Assembly (NCBI RefSeq): GCF_964355755.1 | Contig: NC_092671.1 | Coordinates: 5,270,001 to 5,334,000 of the forward strand | Source: Antedon mediterranea | Taxonomy: Eukaryota; Animalia; Echinodermata | DNA: 64,000 nucleotides | Direction of reading: 5' to 3' | In this document: piece after piece, positions 26,890 to 40,386 of the stretch | Layout: the number at the start of each line of letters is the position of its first letter | How positions within the stretch are numbered: the first letter of the stretch is position 1 | Made by a program: the position numbers and the translations under genes | Notes under the pieces: generated by a model | The model's database searches: none | Told to the model about the DNA's origin: nothing | Seen by the model: only the letters and a program-made list of their open reading frames with translations

Positions 26890-29149
26890 TTAATACTTAA
26901 AAAAAATAATACTCTTAAAAAGACTGAGCCACTAAAAGACATAGCAAGCAACAGGCAAACTTGGAGAAACCTTAATAAGACATTAAGAGAAGCCGCTGCA
27001 CCGGAGATTTCGGGCAACTACTTTTCCCTACTGTTATGTAGGAAGTAGTACAGTAAATGCTAAGTCGTATAGTAAATAGTATGTAATGTAGAAGATAACT
27101 AATACGAACGAATAACTTTTATTTTGGGATGGTGGACGAAGAAGACGAAGAGTTTTTCAAATTAAAAGTGGACATACAGTACACACAAATTAGTTTAGAA
27201 ACAACAATTACTAACCACCGCATATTCACTTTGTGCTTCATTTTCATTGGTGGAGAAAGTTTCAAAATATCAAGCGGTGAGTTTGCTAACTCATCATTTC
27301 GCAAACTGTCACAAATAAAAATAGTCATTGTAAGTCAACGCCAGGTGATAAGTCAATGTAAGGTAATATTACAACAGTCTACAATGAACTATATAAATAT
27401 AAAATGTTTACAATACCGCCATGAAAATGAACTATACGTGAAGGTGAAAGTAACTATTCTGGAACATTGTCTGAAGTAGCATAGATTATGTGAATATTTT
27501 CTCATTAGTATTTACTATACTGTCAAATTAAAAATAAAATTCGTTCTTTATTTTGAATGTAGTTAAAGTAACATTGCTTATTTATGAACTCGAGTCGAGT
27601 GGCCAGGCAAGGGAGTGCACATAAAAAATCGGGGGACATGAGTCATCAAATTTGTATGTAGGAATTTGTATGTAGGAAATTGTCATGTTGGTGGAAGTAT
27701 GCACTCTGGGAGTACCCTCTGTTTTTTCGTGTTTCGGGGGAAATTTTCTTAGATGGTGATAAGCTTTGATTTATCTCCATTTGTCAATTATTTTTGTACA
27801 CAGGCCTAACGATTTATTAAGGTGTTTTAAAAGTTTTAATGTAGATTGCGTGCGGAAATAAATTATATAAATCAAAAGTACAATCAATTTTGTTTTATTT
27901 ATTACAAACATATACTGTTATAGACAATCAGTAAAATTTATCTTACAAACTATAGTACTAACAAGTCCTAAGAGTAGCTGCACCTCATGTTAAAATGTGG
28001 TTGCAAAGGTTTATATTTTACAAAAAACAATAAAAATTTTAAAAGTATTTTCTCATATTCAAAATACAGCTTTTATACAATGTATTATTATTATCGTCAT
28101 CGTCATCATCATCATCATCATCATCCTCATTATCATTATTATTATAGTACATACATTCGTTATATTTAAATTACGCATTATATGTAGACCATAATATAGC
28201 ATTTTTTTATAATGTCGATACGATTTAAAGTGCCATTTAACATGAGCTTTCATAAATTTCAATTAGGTATTATGCAATTTGTGTGTTGAGTAACTTAGTT
28301 ACGAATAATTGTGTCGGGAATTTTTAACTTTTGTAACAATAATAATAATATTTGAATAGCATAGTTTCAATCCTTACTATTGTAACCCATTTGATATTAT
28401 TAATATTGCTGTTTTGATTTAGTAACATGTATTTAGAAATACAACCCATCAAATGGGAAATAAAGCAATCTGTACTACTGTAGTGGAGGAATAGTTTCGT
28501 TTGATTAATTTTTTCAACACATTGTAGATGAATGACACTTTTATTTTCATCAGTTAAAAAATACCATATATTTTGAAGGAAGTTGTGTTTATTAGCTTGG
28601 ACCGGGCCGCTAAAATGTAAGCGATGCAGATCAATTATTTATAGTTATATCCGCTACCTTATTGAATATGCATTAGGTGTGACATAAGAATTGACCAAAC
28701 TACAAAACGCCTTCCATCTGTGTAGCCTAATTTCTCAGACATTCTCTGCATGACAATGTACGGGGTTCAAATCTCGACTCGACTATTCATTCTAATGTAG
28801 ATTCTACCGCAAACGATATTGATGTATTGACGCATTATCAACTAACACACATACACTGATGGAGCATAAATGTCCCAATTACCAGAGAAACCAGCATCAA
28901 TTATTCTGAAAAATTATTTTTCTAAATAAAAGTTGTTGTTTTACTTAAACATTTTTATAATGTTTAAGTAACAACGACTTTTATTTTCAGAATTAAATTT
29001 CTCCTTTGATGTTTTTTTTTTCTTTTAAGTGTGGAGATATTCATTGGGTTAGGGACAAATGAATTCATTTGAAGAAAACGGATGCCAAATTTTACTTACC
29101 TACGATAAAAGGAACTGCGTCCAGGATTTAATTTTTTTTTAAATAAGCC

Positions 29150-29223
29150 AATTTAGTACAGAAGATATGGAATCACCAGAGGGTTTTGCGGTTAACAACA
29201 AGAGTTCTGTATGTTGCAGACAG
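29150..29223 (+). pseudogene. Relic NHL-repeat fragment of the DED-NHL gene family
   Basis: ACAGAAGATATGGAATCACCAGAGGGTTTT...TATGTTGCAGACA matches 19744-19808 and 55918-55988 (TEDMESPEG...LYVAD). Confidence 0.75.
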
Positions 29224-31899
29224 TTAGGCCTAAGCTCAAAGAGTATTTTTTAGAAAATATTATCTGTACTTTGTTGTTTGAGAAATAAATGTATTATTGA
29301 TTGATTGATTGATTGAATTCATCAGAAAAGAAGAAACAATGATATTTTAGCCTAGACCACATGAAAGATTTGTGGATTAGCGCCCTCTTTACTGTTGACC
29401 TATTATTGAGTCAAGTAAAGACGAAAGACGCGATACATAATTACAGCATAGATATTCGAATTCTACGTTTGAAACAATTTATTAGAAAGACTAATGAAGC
29501 AAATTCAAAAACCACTCTTCCTTGGCAAAATCGACAGTAATTATGACAACATTCAACAATAGTACAATACTGTAGGTAGGTTACAGAATGTATGATATAC
29601 CATGGAGTAAAGAATAATTCTTTACTCCATGATGGATATACAAACCAGGATGCATGTGGATATGTAGGCCTACTGATGGGCTTGCCAATATATGGGTAAA
29701 ATTGATTATCATTTAAAAACCATGTTGTAGGCCTAAATAAATAACAAATAGTAGATGTGATCTGAATAACAATAAATAACAATTTCGTCATTTCAATTTT
29801 CACTCAACGGTCATATACATCACATGCTAACCCCACCCTTAAATGTTAATCCCGTTTCAATTTTGTCAGGGTTAGTATTATTACGGCTCTCAATGGAGTG
29901 GATTATATATACATGCATCTTTCAACGATCAATAACACAATCTGAGTTGTAGAGAGAATAAGTAAAAACTAAGATATAATTTTGGTTTTCAAATTATAGA
30001 TTATGTTTATGTATGTTTAAATAAAATGAACAATACCTGCAATTTTAAGTTTACTAAATATAAATGCTGCATACACTGTGGTTCCTTTTAAAACAAGTTA
30101 ATTGTCTTCATACCTCAAATTCAAACAACACGGTTCACAGGTGGTCGAAAATCAGCATACGAAACAATCCAGTCAACATGACTTTTAATAGAGCCATACA
30201 ACCGTTTACCTGCTATGGAAGTATGTTTGTACCTTTTAGTATAAATAGCTACCCCACACCTTTCTGCAAAGCTCGTAACTTTCCTATTTAAATTCGGTTT
30301 ATGCCATAGTGGTGTTAATACAAAAAATACTGGGCGTCAGTTATGAATGGTTTATGTTCATATGATTTTAATAATATAGAAACATTTAATTTCGGGTAAT
30401 GTATGACCCTTTTTCTCCTTAATTACAAAATTAGGGAGATTTGAAACAGACCCACTGACGCGAAGGCATAACAATTTCCCACAAATATCGCACTATATGT
30501 ATTCATTCATTTCTCTTAAATTCGGACTTCACGTCGATAAAACATTACATAATTACAAACAAAAGTTAATCCAAAAACTATAAAAGAGTTTAATTAGATT
30601 TTAACTCAAAAACAAAAGCTCTTTCCATTTTTTTTATGAACCCTTGATTTTACCAGAAAATTGTCGTTTACAGAACAATTTAGATAAAATCAATTCAAAA
30701 ATTATAATTACTTGATAATTTACTCATTTCTTTTTTTTTGTCAAGTTCTAATTTACATAATAAAATATTGTTTTGAGGGCGCCAAAAGAGATTAATTTCA
30801 CTCTTCTTCTTCTATTTTAAACTCATTATGTTTGTTTGATATGTTGTGTTAGGTATCAATCATGTATTGTATTTCAACAAAAATTTTAACAAATGCATTT
30901 TGCAATTGAAAATATCGATCGACTTTATTAAAAGCTATCGCAGCATTGTTGTCATCTAAAAATCCAGAGTTACAATAAATGTATGTTATTGTATTGAACA
31001 GAGAGTTTCCGAAGTTAATTACTATTTTATGCTAGATAGAATTTATGGTTTCTATGGCAACCTTTGTACCTGCACAATGAGAACAATTGCGTTAATACGA
31101 CTTTATAACGAAGATCGTTTTATAATGTAATTAATACAAACAGTTCTTTATTGTATAGCTGTTGATTATTACTGTACCCTTTATTTGGATTAACGCATTT
31201 ATTGGACCAATCTGAAACTACTAAATCTAAAATTGTGAATGATTGCGAACAGATTGTCAACTGCATCCACGACAATAAGTACTACTATAATACTAAAGAA
31301 TACCACGGAAACTAAAGGTTTGTTCTTTTAAAATATTATTATTATTATTACTATTATATTGCATTAATGGCGTATGTGATTGGCTTTTTGTGGGGTGGAC
31401 AAACGGTTGAGAAACCTCGACTTCCATACATTGGAATTAAAACAAACTTGGAAACCTTTCTACTTTCAATGGGTTATGTGACACTTATAACCTACAGGAA
31501 AGACGTGTTACAACCGCTAATGTAGAAAACGCCAGTTAATGTCGAAACAACCGCTTTATGTAGAACAGCTAATGTAGTAAAACCTCCAGCTAATGTAGAA
31601 ACACCAACAGCTTGTGTAGTAAATAAAAATCAACACCAGCTAATATAGAACGGTCAACAGATAATGTAGTAACGGAAATTGCCTCCCAGCTAATGTAGTT
31701 ACCATCGTCAACTAATGTAGTTACTATCGCCAACTAACGTAGAAAATATTATATATTTTACAAACCTATGCCTAAATCATGTGCAAATGCATCTCTTTAC
31801 GGTACTTAGCTATCTCTTAAACGACCGACTTTCAAAACGCGGCCATCTCGTAAGCGGCCATACATTGTAAGTAACCACCCTCAGGTAAGTAACCACCCT

Positions 31900-33137
31900 C
31901 AGGTCCGTAGCCAGGTGGGTGGGGGGGGGGCGGTTATGGTTCGGGCGAACCCCCTTGACCGACTCCATCCCCAATACCTCACCCCATCTCTGAAAATCCT
32001 CCAAACACGTGCTTTCAAGTTATTCGTAAATTGACAAATTCGTAAACTCTTTCGTAAATAGGGAGTTTTCGCAACCTTTACGAATACGATAACGAAAACA
32101 GATACGTCACACATTTGTGAAACTTTTGAGCTGATCCCCATTTCATATTCGTAAGGCGTATTCGTGTTGACGAATATAATCAGTCATATATTCGTAACTA
32201 CAAAACGAGTAGGCCTATAGTTTTTGATCTATTTTGCACATTTTGCATTTGAATCAGGAATGATTCATGATTATAATATAATTATACTTTTATTGAAAGT
32301 AATTTACTAAAATGCCAGGTCAATTTTGATAAATAGCAGTTTTTAAAGTCCTCACTCACTTTGATGTTACGCTAGGCCTAGGCAGCCAAGCACCAAGCAA
32401 CACGTACCTTCGCTTTGCTCAAATTTACCGCAGTCATATTTTGGACGGCGCCCTCAATATTTTGTTGCCATGCGAAACAGATTTTTACTGGCTTACGAAA
32501 AACGAATACGTGTGCGTGACGTATCCGTTTTCGTTATGGTATTCGTAAGATTGCGAAAACTCCCTAATAACTCATACCTTCTTCCCTGTATGAGCGTACG
32601 TCGAGCGATACGTGTCTGTAAATTTCTACGTACACTCAACTGTATCAATACCACCTATTTACATTGATATATTTAATTTCCTCAACAAATTGCTGTAAAT
32701 ATATAGGCTAGATAGAGCTATAATAAGCATTGAATTTTCATTCTCATCCGAAGTGTGCTTTTTTCGGGGCTTCCCCTAGTCGTACGTTCGCATTGAACTT
32801 GAACGCAAAAACAAAATACCAAGTGAATGATCAAACGATCGACGGTTCTGCACAGAGCACGCGCATCTAACAACGGCAACAGATGTTATTGTCCTTTAAA
32901 TATTCCACGTGTGTGAGGAGGAGGAAAAAGGTACGATCGTTTTGCTCATTGGTAGCATGCTGCATGAGTGTCTCTTTTCCGGCCAATTAGAGGTGCCTTT
33001 TATCATGAATGTTATGCGGTAGAGTACCATTTCCGGCCATCTAGGGGTGTCATTTAACAAAATATGCTTCGCCTCAGGCAGCTCACCCAAATACTTAGGG
33101 TCCGAAACCTCCTTGACAGATCCTGGCTACGGCCCTG
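31900..33137. mobile_element. hAT-like non-autonomous element with 5-bp TSD
   Basis: TIR CAGGTCCGTAGCCAGG / CCTGGCTACGGCCCTG; ACCCT directly flanks both ends. Confidence 0.7.
32060..32565. mobile_element. PIF/Harbinger-like MITE
   Basis: ~50-bp TIR AGGGAGTTTTCGCAA...GATACGTCAC and its reverse complement; A/T 3-mer flanks. Confidence 0.7.
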
Positions 33138-33162
33138 ACCCTCGTTAGCGACCACCTCTATT

Positions 33163-33479
33163 GTTTGTTTGTTTGTTTTATCTTTATACTGGGTGACCTC
33201 TTCAGTCAAAGACTGATCTCCCAGAGGGGGCCCAGTTGGTGATCAGTGGCTGTGATGTACTAATACACCTGGGTAACCCCCTACTCGTCTCGAAAGATGT
33301 ACTAGGTTCTTTAAAGTGCACACGAGCAAGTTGTGTACACTGGACCTACGGTTTATAGTCTTTATCCGAGAAGACTTGTTCTACCACCAGAACCATGGAG
33401 TGATTGAGCCTCGAACCCCTGCCGATGTTATGGCTACATGATTACGGTTCCACTGTCTTAACCGCTCGACCGCCATCCC
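33163..33479 (-). mobile_element. tRNA-derived SINE with Deu/Nin-like core
   Basis: Minus strand: tRNA-like head (GGCGGTCGAGCGG ... GGTTCGAGGC), core TCGGATAAAGACTATAAACCGTAGGTCC...TAAAGAACCTAG...TTCGAGACGAGTAGGGGG, 3' stem-loop and (AAAC)n tail. A second copy is at 53050-53248. Confidence 0.8.
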
Positions 33480-34566
33480 TGTTAGGGGACCGCTTCTCAT
33501 AATCGATCATCTCTCGCACTGTAAGCGACCACCTTTCTTAACGACCACAACTCTCGTAAGTTACCACCTCTTTTAAGGGACCACCAACTCTCGTAAGGGA
33601 CCGCTTTTCATAATCGACCACCTCTCGTAAGTGACCACCTCTTTTAAGGGGCCACAACCTCTCTCTCTTACGAGAGGTGATCAATTATGAAAAGCGTTCC
33701 CTTAACAGAGACGGTGGTCATTCAATAGAGGTGGTCACTTACGAGAGGTCATTGTTACGGGAGATGGTCGATTATGAGAAGCGGTCAATAGAGACGGTCG
33801 CTAACGAGGGTGGTTGCTTACGGTCCTTTAAAAGAGGTCGTCACTTACGAGACGTGTGATCGTTAAGAGAATTGGACGCCTACGAGAGGGTGGTCCTTTA
33901 AAAGAGGTGGTCGTTCTATAGAGGTAGTCACTTATGAGAGTTGGTCGTTACGAGAGGTTGTCAATTATGAGAAGTGGACCCTTAAGAGAGGTGGTTGCTT
34001 ACGATGTATGGTCGTTTTATGGAGGTCGCTTGTTACGAGAGATGGCCGCTTGTTACGAGAGGTGAAGAGATTGATTGATAAGTAAAGAGAGAGGTGGTGG
34101 TCCTTTAAATGAGGTGGTCAATTACGAGAGGTGTGGTCGTTAAGAGAGGTGTTCGCTTACGAGAGGTGGTCGATTATGAGAAGCGGTCCCTTAACAGAGA
34201 TGGTGGTCGTTCAATAGAGGTGGTCGCTAACAAGGGGGGTTGCTTACGATGTACGGTCTGTTTTTAGGGAGGTGGTCACTTACGAGATGTCCCTTTTTGA
34301 AAGTCGGTCGCTTACGAGAGGATGTGGGTAGACTGATAGCTAAGTAAAGAGATGCACTTGATGTAGACATAGGTTTGTAAAATATATATTATTTTCTACA
34401 TTAGCTGGGAGGCAATCAGCTGCAAAAGAATCTGCCAAGAATTGTTTTTTTGTTTTACTTTTCTTTCAAGACTTTTTAAGAATAGTTAGCTATTTTCAGT
34501 TATAATTAGCATCTTCATAAACAATCATTAATCGAATGTGCTTTACTGTCTTTGTATTTCAGAAAA

Positions 34567-34730
34567 ATGTCGAAATTTAATCGAGAAATCGCCATAACTC
34601 TAAGTAAACAACTTAGTAAAATATATAAAAATGGAAGCTTTTTGTGGCTTAGACTTCTGTTATTCGGTCACTGTTTAGCAAGTACCTTCAGGAAATACGA
34701 CAAAAAAAGTCACTACTTATTTAACTGGTA
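34567..34730 (+). pseudogene. Relic of the first coding exon (DED-like) of a further paralogue
   Basis: The TTTCAG|AAAAATGTCGAAATTT acceptor/start matches 17591-17610 and 53732-53750; it translates MSKFNREI...LSKIYKNGSFLWLRLLLFGHC, matching (R/L)WLKLLLYDH, then degenerates. Confidence 0.75.
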
Positions 34731-36749
34731 AAGTAAGAAGCATTTGACGTGGTAACCATGCGTTTAAAAACAATACATCAAGTGTAGACGTGTCAGAAAT
34801 ACAGGGAGTTTCCATTACGCATGCGTAGGTAGGTAGGCCTACTGAATATGAAATTATAATTCCTATGTTTATCCAGGAGATCGGAAGAAATTGTATTTTA
34901 TTTTTAGAGGGATATGACACGAACTATCGGAAGAGTTGGATAATTGAGATATCACAATATTATAAATGTTTTCAAACAAGTAATAACTGAGAATACTGTA
35001 CCACAACGATTATTGTAAAACGTACACGGAAAATAAGGTAATAATTAATTATGCAGTATTTTTAAGTTGTATTCTATTGTTTTAGATGATGATGCATTTA
35101 CATATTGGAAAGTAGACCAATCGACAAAAGTACATTTTATAATTTTTTTTTTCCTTTACTACATTATACTTTTACTTTGCAAGCAATAAAAACAGTGTAA
35201 TTATTAGCACTAGCTCCACATGGGATTTTTTTCTGTGGTTTATAATACGTAAAATTACGCGACCAATTTAGTAGCATTAGGCCTATAGATGTTTGTCTTA
35301 TTGCTTGATATTTAAAGAATATGAAAGATTTGGCAATGAGGACTTTTATCTTTGTTCTCTCATAAGTTTTATTATTTGTTGGTATAAACACGGGGCATAA
35401 GACGGAGTATTTTCTTTTTCCATATATTTATGTACGTGCCAAATGCGTATAATTATACTGCAAAATATCACTCGAAAGAATGGTTGTTTTCAGACAATTC
35501 TTGGTAATTAGTGTTTCCTACAACTTTTCGATTATCAGGCAATTGTTGTGATACAGCGTTTAACTCCTCTATTGCGGATTGATACAGGGCATCCATTTTT
35601 TTAGATAAAGCACTTTAAGGTGAAACACCTTTACGATTTTAGGAAAACATATTTCCACGCATGACAAATCTAAGCCAAAACTACCATAACTTTATGTTTA
35701 TTTCGGGCCAAGGTACGATTCCCAGAACCAACTTTATAAACCTAGCTGGAAGTAAGAACGTATACCAATAATAATTTTATTCAAAGCATTTTTTTTTAAA
35801 CAATACTACTCTCCCACGAAAGATAAAACCTATCATTCTTACTTTCTTTTTCAATTTCCAAGCCACTTTTCAGCCCTCTAAAAATGTTTTGCGGCCCAAA
35901 TTTGGGGCGTGGACCACTAAGGGCTTTAGAAAGACTTGAACACGTTGGGAATACGCTAATCGTAAAGGTGATTACAGTACAGTATTGTGTTTTTACCATT
36001 TTAATGTCACTTAATAGTTATTCAGTTGACCAAAAGGTTTTGAAAACAATTTATAAATAAAATAATAACATTTTTATATAAAAATCAAAATTTTCTGCCG
36101 TACAATGTGTTTTTGGTTAAATGTAATCGTTTATTTTGTTTTCAGTTTGATCTTTTTAGAATGAGTTTAGATTATTAAATTTAAATATAAATAAAACATT
36201 CGTGTTTTGAGTGTCATTTAACTATAATTACAAAAATAGTACAGAATGAGAAGGCTTCGAAAAACATTCAAAGGCCAAAAAGAATTGACTTGCCTATTTT
36301 TATTTTTTTTCAATAAAAAATTACAAAATGATACAATTTGCCATCAAAATTGCCTAATCGAAATCCTTAGGTAAATAATCATCATTTTTTAAACATGCCA
36401 TCAATAACAACATTTTATTTTATGTAAATATCATATCATCATGATGTAAATATATCATCAAATCCGAAACTATAATTATTAACGCCATAAGATAACTATT
36501 TCATTTTGTAAAATACGTTTGAATTCAATAAGGTCATCACCGATCCATCTATGACTATTAAAGATGATATGAAAGGGTTCCAAAAAGTTTCATTTTATGT
36601 CTTCAACACGTAGTGTTATACACTGTTACATATTGCTGACTGTAATAGTATACATTTCGGATATGACGATAAAGGTAAATATGTTAATAAAGAGGTAAAC
36701 ATGGGCTAATATATGTGGTATAAACACATACCAAGTCAGGAACTTAGCA

Positions 36750-37240
36750 TTTACGAAAAATATACAAAATGACAATTTTACGGGCGGCCCTAGATATAAT
36801 ATCTGCAAATCGCTCTGCAAAGTTAAGCCCAAAAGTTTGATCTTGTTCACCACTTGAATAGAAGATCCATTAGGTCAGACATTAGGAACAGTAACTCCTT
36901 TATGTAAGAAGAATGTAAGAACTACCATGACATTTCGATGGTTTTGGAAGCATCTGATTATTAGTCCCCAAGAGTTCAAACTCATTAAGCATACATTGCA
37001 TAGAGGAATTACTATCATTTTTAACAATCTCACCAATTCTAGGGTCGTCAACATATTTCCATCGCCTGCAGTTTCCCTCACAAGCATCATTAATGAGGAT
37101 GAGCAAGAGCACAGGCCTCAATCTCGTACCTTGCGGTACCCCACAAGTAATTTGGCGTGTAGATGATATATTCAACCGATTCTGCTACTGTCCCTAGGTG
37201 ATATCTGTATAACTATAGAAAGTTATCCACGTTGCTGTCT
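36750..37240 (-). mobile_element. Degenerate non-LTR (CR1/L2-group) reverse transcriptase fragment
   Basis: CGVPQGTRLRPVLLLILIND...KYVDD and KIKLLGLTLQSDL motifs, split across frames. Confidence 0.8.
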
Positions 37241-37306
37241 GCATAAATGCTGTACTTTTAACACCGTACACTGTCATGTGAGTGAGTGAGATCAGTCTAA
37301 AATCAT

Positions 37307-37392
37307 TTTTAGTCGCGTGCAATAGCTCACTATGTTGGTTGGTCGGTCGGTCGGTCGGTGTCGGTCAACACAAACTCAAATTTGGCCTTGTT
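37307..37392 (+). mobile_element. Short internally deleted HINE copy
   Basis: TTTTAGTCGCGTGC...CTCACTATGTTGGT(CGGT)n...TGGCCTTGTT. Confidence 0.6.
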
Positions 37393-38385
37393 TTCTTTAG
37401 GAACCAGTATCACTGTAGCACGTTTCCATAGTATTGAAAACTCTCCTTGATCTAATATCAATATTATCTAATTATATATGTTGGCAAGGGCACTGACAAG
37501 AAGTTTTCTTTTCTCTTTCGCCTCTTTAATTCTCTTTATTAAAACGTATCATAATATCCACTTTATACATTGCAAACAGAATCATATGATCTAAATATGG
37601 GATATCGTACATAGAAGTTAACACTAATTTGCTCTTGTAATCATTAATATAATATGTACATACGTCCTTCAACGGAATACTAATTTATTTTAAGATAAAA
37701 AAAATATCGATCAAAAAATGTAATGTTAATTGCAAAACTTCTACTTTCACATCATTTGTTAGGATTAAATTCTGGCAAGTTAATTATACATTGTTGTATT
37801 CCAGCATTATGGTGTTATGTTTCTCTGGCAACTATAGTCTAATCTATATGTTGCAATTATAAAAACTACTTTATTTTATACATCATCATTATACATTTTA
37901 TCAAAATTGCTTTTTATGCCATTAATTCTTATTAGGCCTATAGGTATTTCGCACCGAATCGTCTATTGGTTTTGTAATAACACTTTCGGATATGTAATTT
38001 TCCTGGACTCATTTTGTCATATTTTAATAAAGTTTTCAATAATTCAATACAATACGCCAGTATTTCTAATGATATTACATTAACACCACAGTTTTATGTC
38101 AATGTTATATTATGATTAGTCAATCTTGTTTTTGTTTATTGCTGTATTGCAATACTATATCTAAGGTTTTAACTAAATGATTAGTTTCTCAGAATGCCCC
38201 TTATCCTCTGAATATCCTCCTCAATTGAAACACATATTCTCTCTCACGATTGTGTTTGTTTCAATGTTACTTGGTAAGTTGTAACATGATTGTAATGTAT
38301 AATGTAAGAGAAACGGACGACTATACAATTTCTATAAATACTTATCTTTTGTGGGAAATCACCAGTCTGTATTACTATTCCATTT

Positions 38386-39112
38386 TTAGTCGCGTGGAAG
38401 CGACTCTATAGTTCACTATGTCGGTCGGTCGGTCGGTCTGTCGGTCTGTCGGTCTGTCTGTCTGTCGGTTCGGTATCACTATGCGTTTTATCGCTTTCTG
38501 ACCTTATCTTGATATCAGTTTAATCTAGCTAAGTCAATTTTTCACAGTATATTCCTTATGGCCAGGAATCGATGTGGTTATGTTTTCACGGTGCGCAATA
38601 AAAAATTACGCGGTCTACGCACGATTTAACGAAATCACGTTTGTAATCATATCTTCACAACCATGAATCACAATTAAATAAAATTTGGTACTCATAAATT
38701 TCAGGGCATAAATCATCATATGGCAATACAATTACGTGTGTAGCGCATGTAACGCATGCGTACGCGCGCTTAAAATTTTCAAAATTTATTTTCGATGAAA
38801 TAAGAGTACGTTTCAGGCAATTTTAAGCGTTTACAAAATTGCCATGAGTTCGCAGATTTTTGCGCGCGCACTGCACGTGCGCAAATTTTTATTGCGCACT
38901 CTTTTTGCCCGATTTCTGTTTTCTTGACTTACTTTTCAACTCGAAATTACGTTATACGAGCACATCAAAAGTGACAGGCTACGCACGTGTAAATTAAAAA
39001 AATATAACTGTTTTTAAACATTTCGACATTTTTAAACATGTTCAGTAATTTGGTTGGTCGGTCGGTCGGTAAACACTAAGCACGCGACTGCAGCCATCTA
39101 TATGGCCTTGTT
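38386..39112 (+). mobile_element. HINE/DINE-1-like non-autonomous Helentron element
   Basis: Inserted in a T-run; subterminal inverted repeat AGTCGCGTG / CACGCGACT, (GTCG/GTCT)n microsatellite and 3' GGCCTTGTT end; the first ~440 bp are nearly identical to 48139-48580. Confidence 0.75.
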
Positions 39113-39865
39113 ATTTAAAAACATACTATTAACATGAAATAAAAAGTAATATATTTTGCTACATACACACATACTTAACTATACAAGCACATTTTTATAC
39201 TGCATTAAAATAGTATTTGAAGAAAAGAATATATACAAGATATATACTTCATAATGATATTGGAAATGATATTGGTGCACATGTGTTCTTATATACTGTT
39301 TGACTAAGCCTCGCTTCGCTCGCGTACCATCTAGGTCGTGCCCACAGATGGTTCTCGAATACACAGTATTTCCAGCGAGAAAAAAATGGAGATTTCAAAT
39401 GTACGTACCGCAGGACTATAATACATTGTCGTTTACAGAAACGAATAAATATACACAATGATTTATGTAGTCAACCAAAATTAGCATTACTTCCGAGAGA
39501 GAAACAAAATGAGTCAAATTTTTTTATTTGGACTCATTTAAAAAAACCCAATTTGTGTTTGTATGTAACATTAAGGGTTGAGGGATGGGGGAAGAAGATA
39601 GGTACAAAGAGGAAACATTTTAAAATATATTCTTATCCACTCAGTAACGAAATATTGTTTTTAATGTTTTATAGGCCTATAAATAATATACCACTAAATA
39701 CAGTAAAACATTTACGATTTAATACGGTACTTTTTTAAAACTCTCACTGTCATAGTCGATTGAAATAGTAAAGTACATGTAACGATACACCACTACGACG
39801 TTTATATATTTTTAAATTATTAATTAATACAAACGTTGAGAAGCAACTGTCAGTAATAACGTTTA

Positions 39866-40386
39866 TTTATTTGTATATTATATGTTTATAATCTAACAGT
39901 AGGGCCTACCACTCACAGTAATAAAGTTTATTTGTATATATTTTTATATTACATCTAACAGTACCAACACTCACAGTAAGAAATTTGCGATTCAAATTGC
40001 GATCAAAAGTGGTTAATACCTTAACAGTATTGTACAGCATTGCAATACTATTTATGTTTATTCTCCAAGGGGGCCCATATTCTAAATCTATACCTCTATG
40101 GTTAAACCAAATAATTTGGAATGTTTATTTGTATATTATATGTTTATAATCTAACAGTAGGGCCTACCCACACTCACAGTAATAAAGTTTATTTGTATAT
40201 ATTTTTATATTACATCTAACAGTACCAACACTCACAGTAAGACATTTGCGATTCAAATTGCGATCAAAAGTGGTTAATACCTTAACAGTATTGTACAGCT
40301 TTGCAATACTATTTATGTTTATTCTCCAAGGGGGCCCATAAATCTAAATCTATACCTGTATGGTTAAACCAAATAATTTGGAATGT
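39866..40386. repeat. Tandem duplication, ~260-bp unit
   Basis: Two near-identical copies start at ~39866 and ~40124. Confidence 0.9.

Larger units (their letters stand above)
10495..29160 (+). repeat. Segmental duplication unit 1 (paralogous to ~41355-59700)
   Basis: Colinear similarity seen by eye: 10495-11120 vs 41355-42010; 12340-13100 vs 49155-50480; 17380-20480 vs 53490-56650; 27500-29160 vs 57620-59700. Partial further copies: 1430-2300 vs 29600-30570; 15290-15650 vs 36140-36400. Confidence 0.85.
31678..34416. mobile_element. Nested foldback/MITE complex
   Basis: Outer inverted repeat 31678-31813 / 34335-34416 (with CTAATGTAG repeats upstream) encloses arms of ~20-bp GAGGTGGTCGCTTACGAGA units in opposite orientations, with the inversion centre near 33665. 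Confidence 0.7.

Noticed and set aside
27987-28262. Poly-His / poly-Ile / poly-Met ORFs
   Set aside because: Produced by a (CAT)n/(TAT)n microsatellite.
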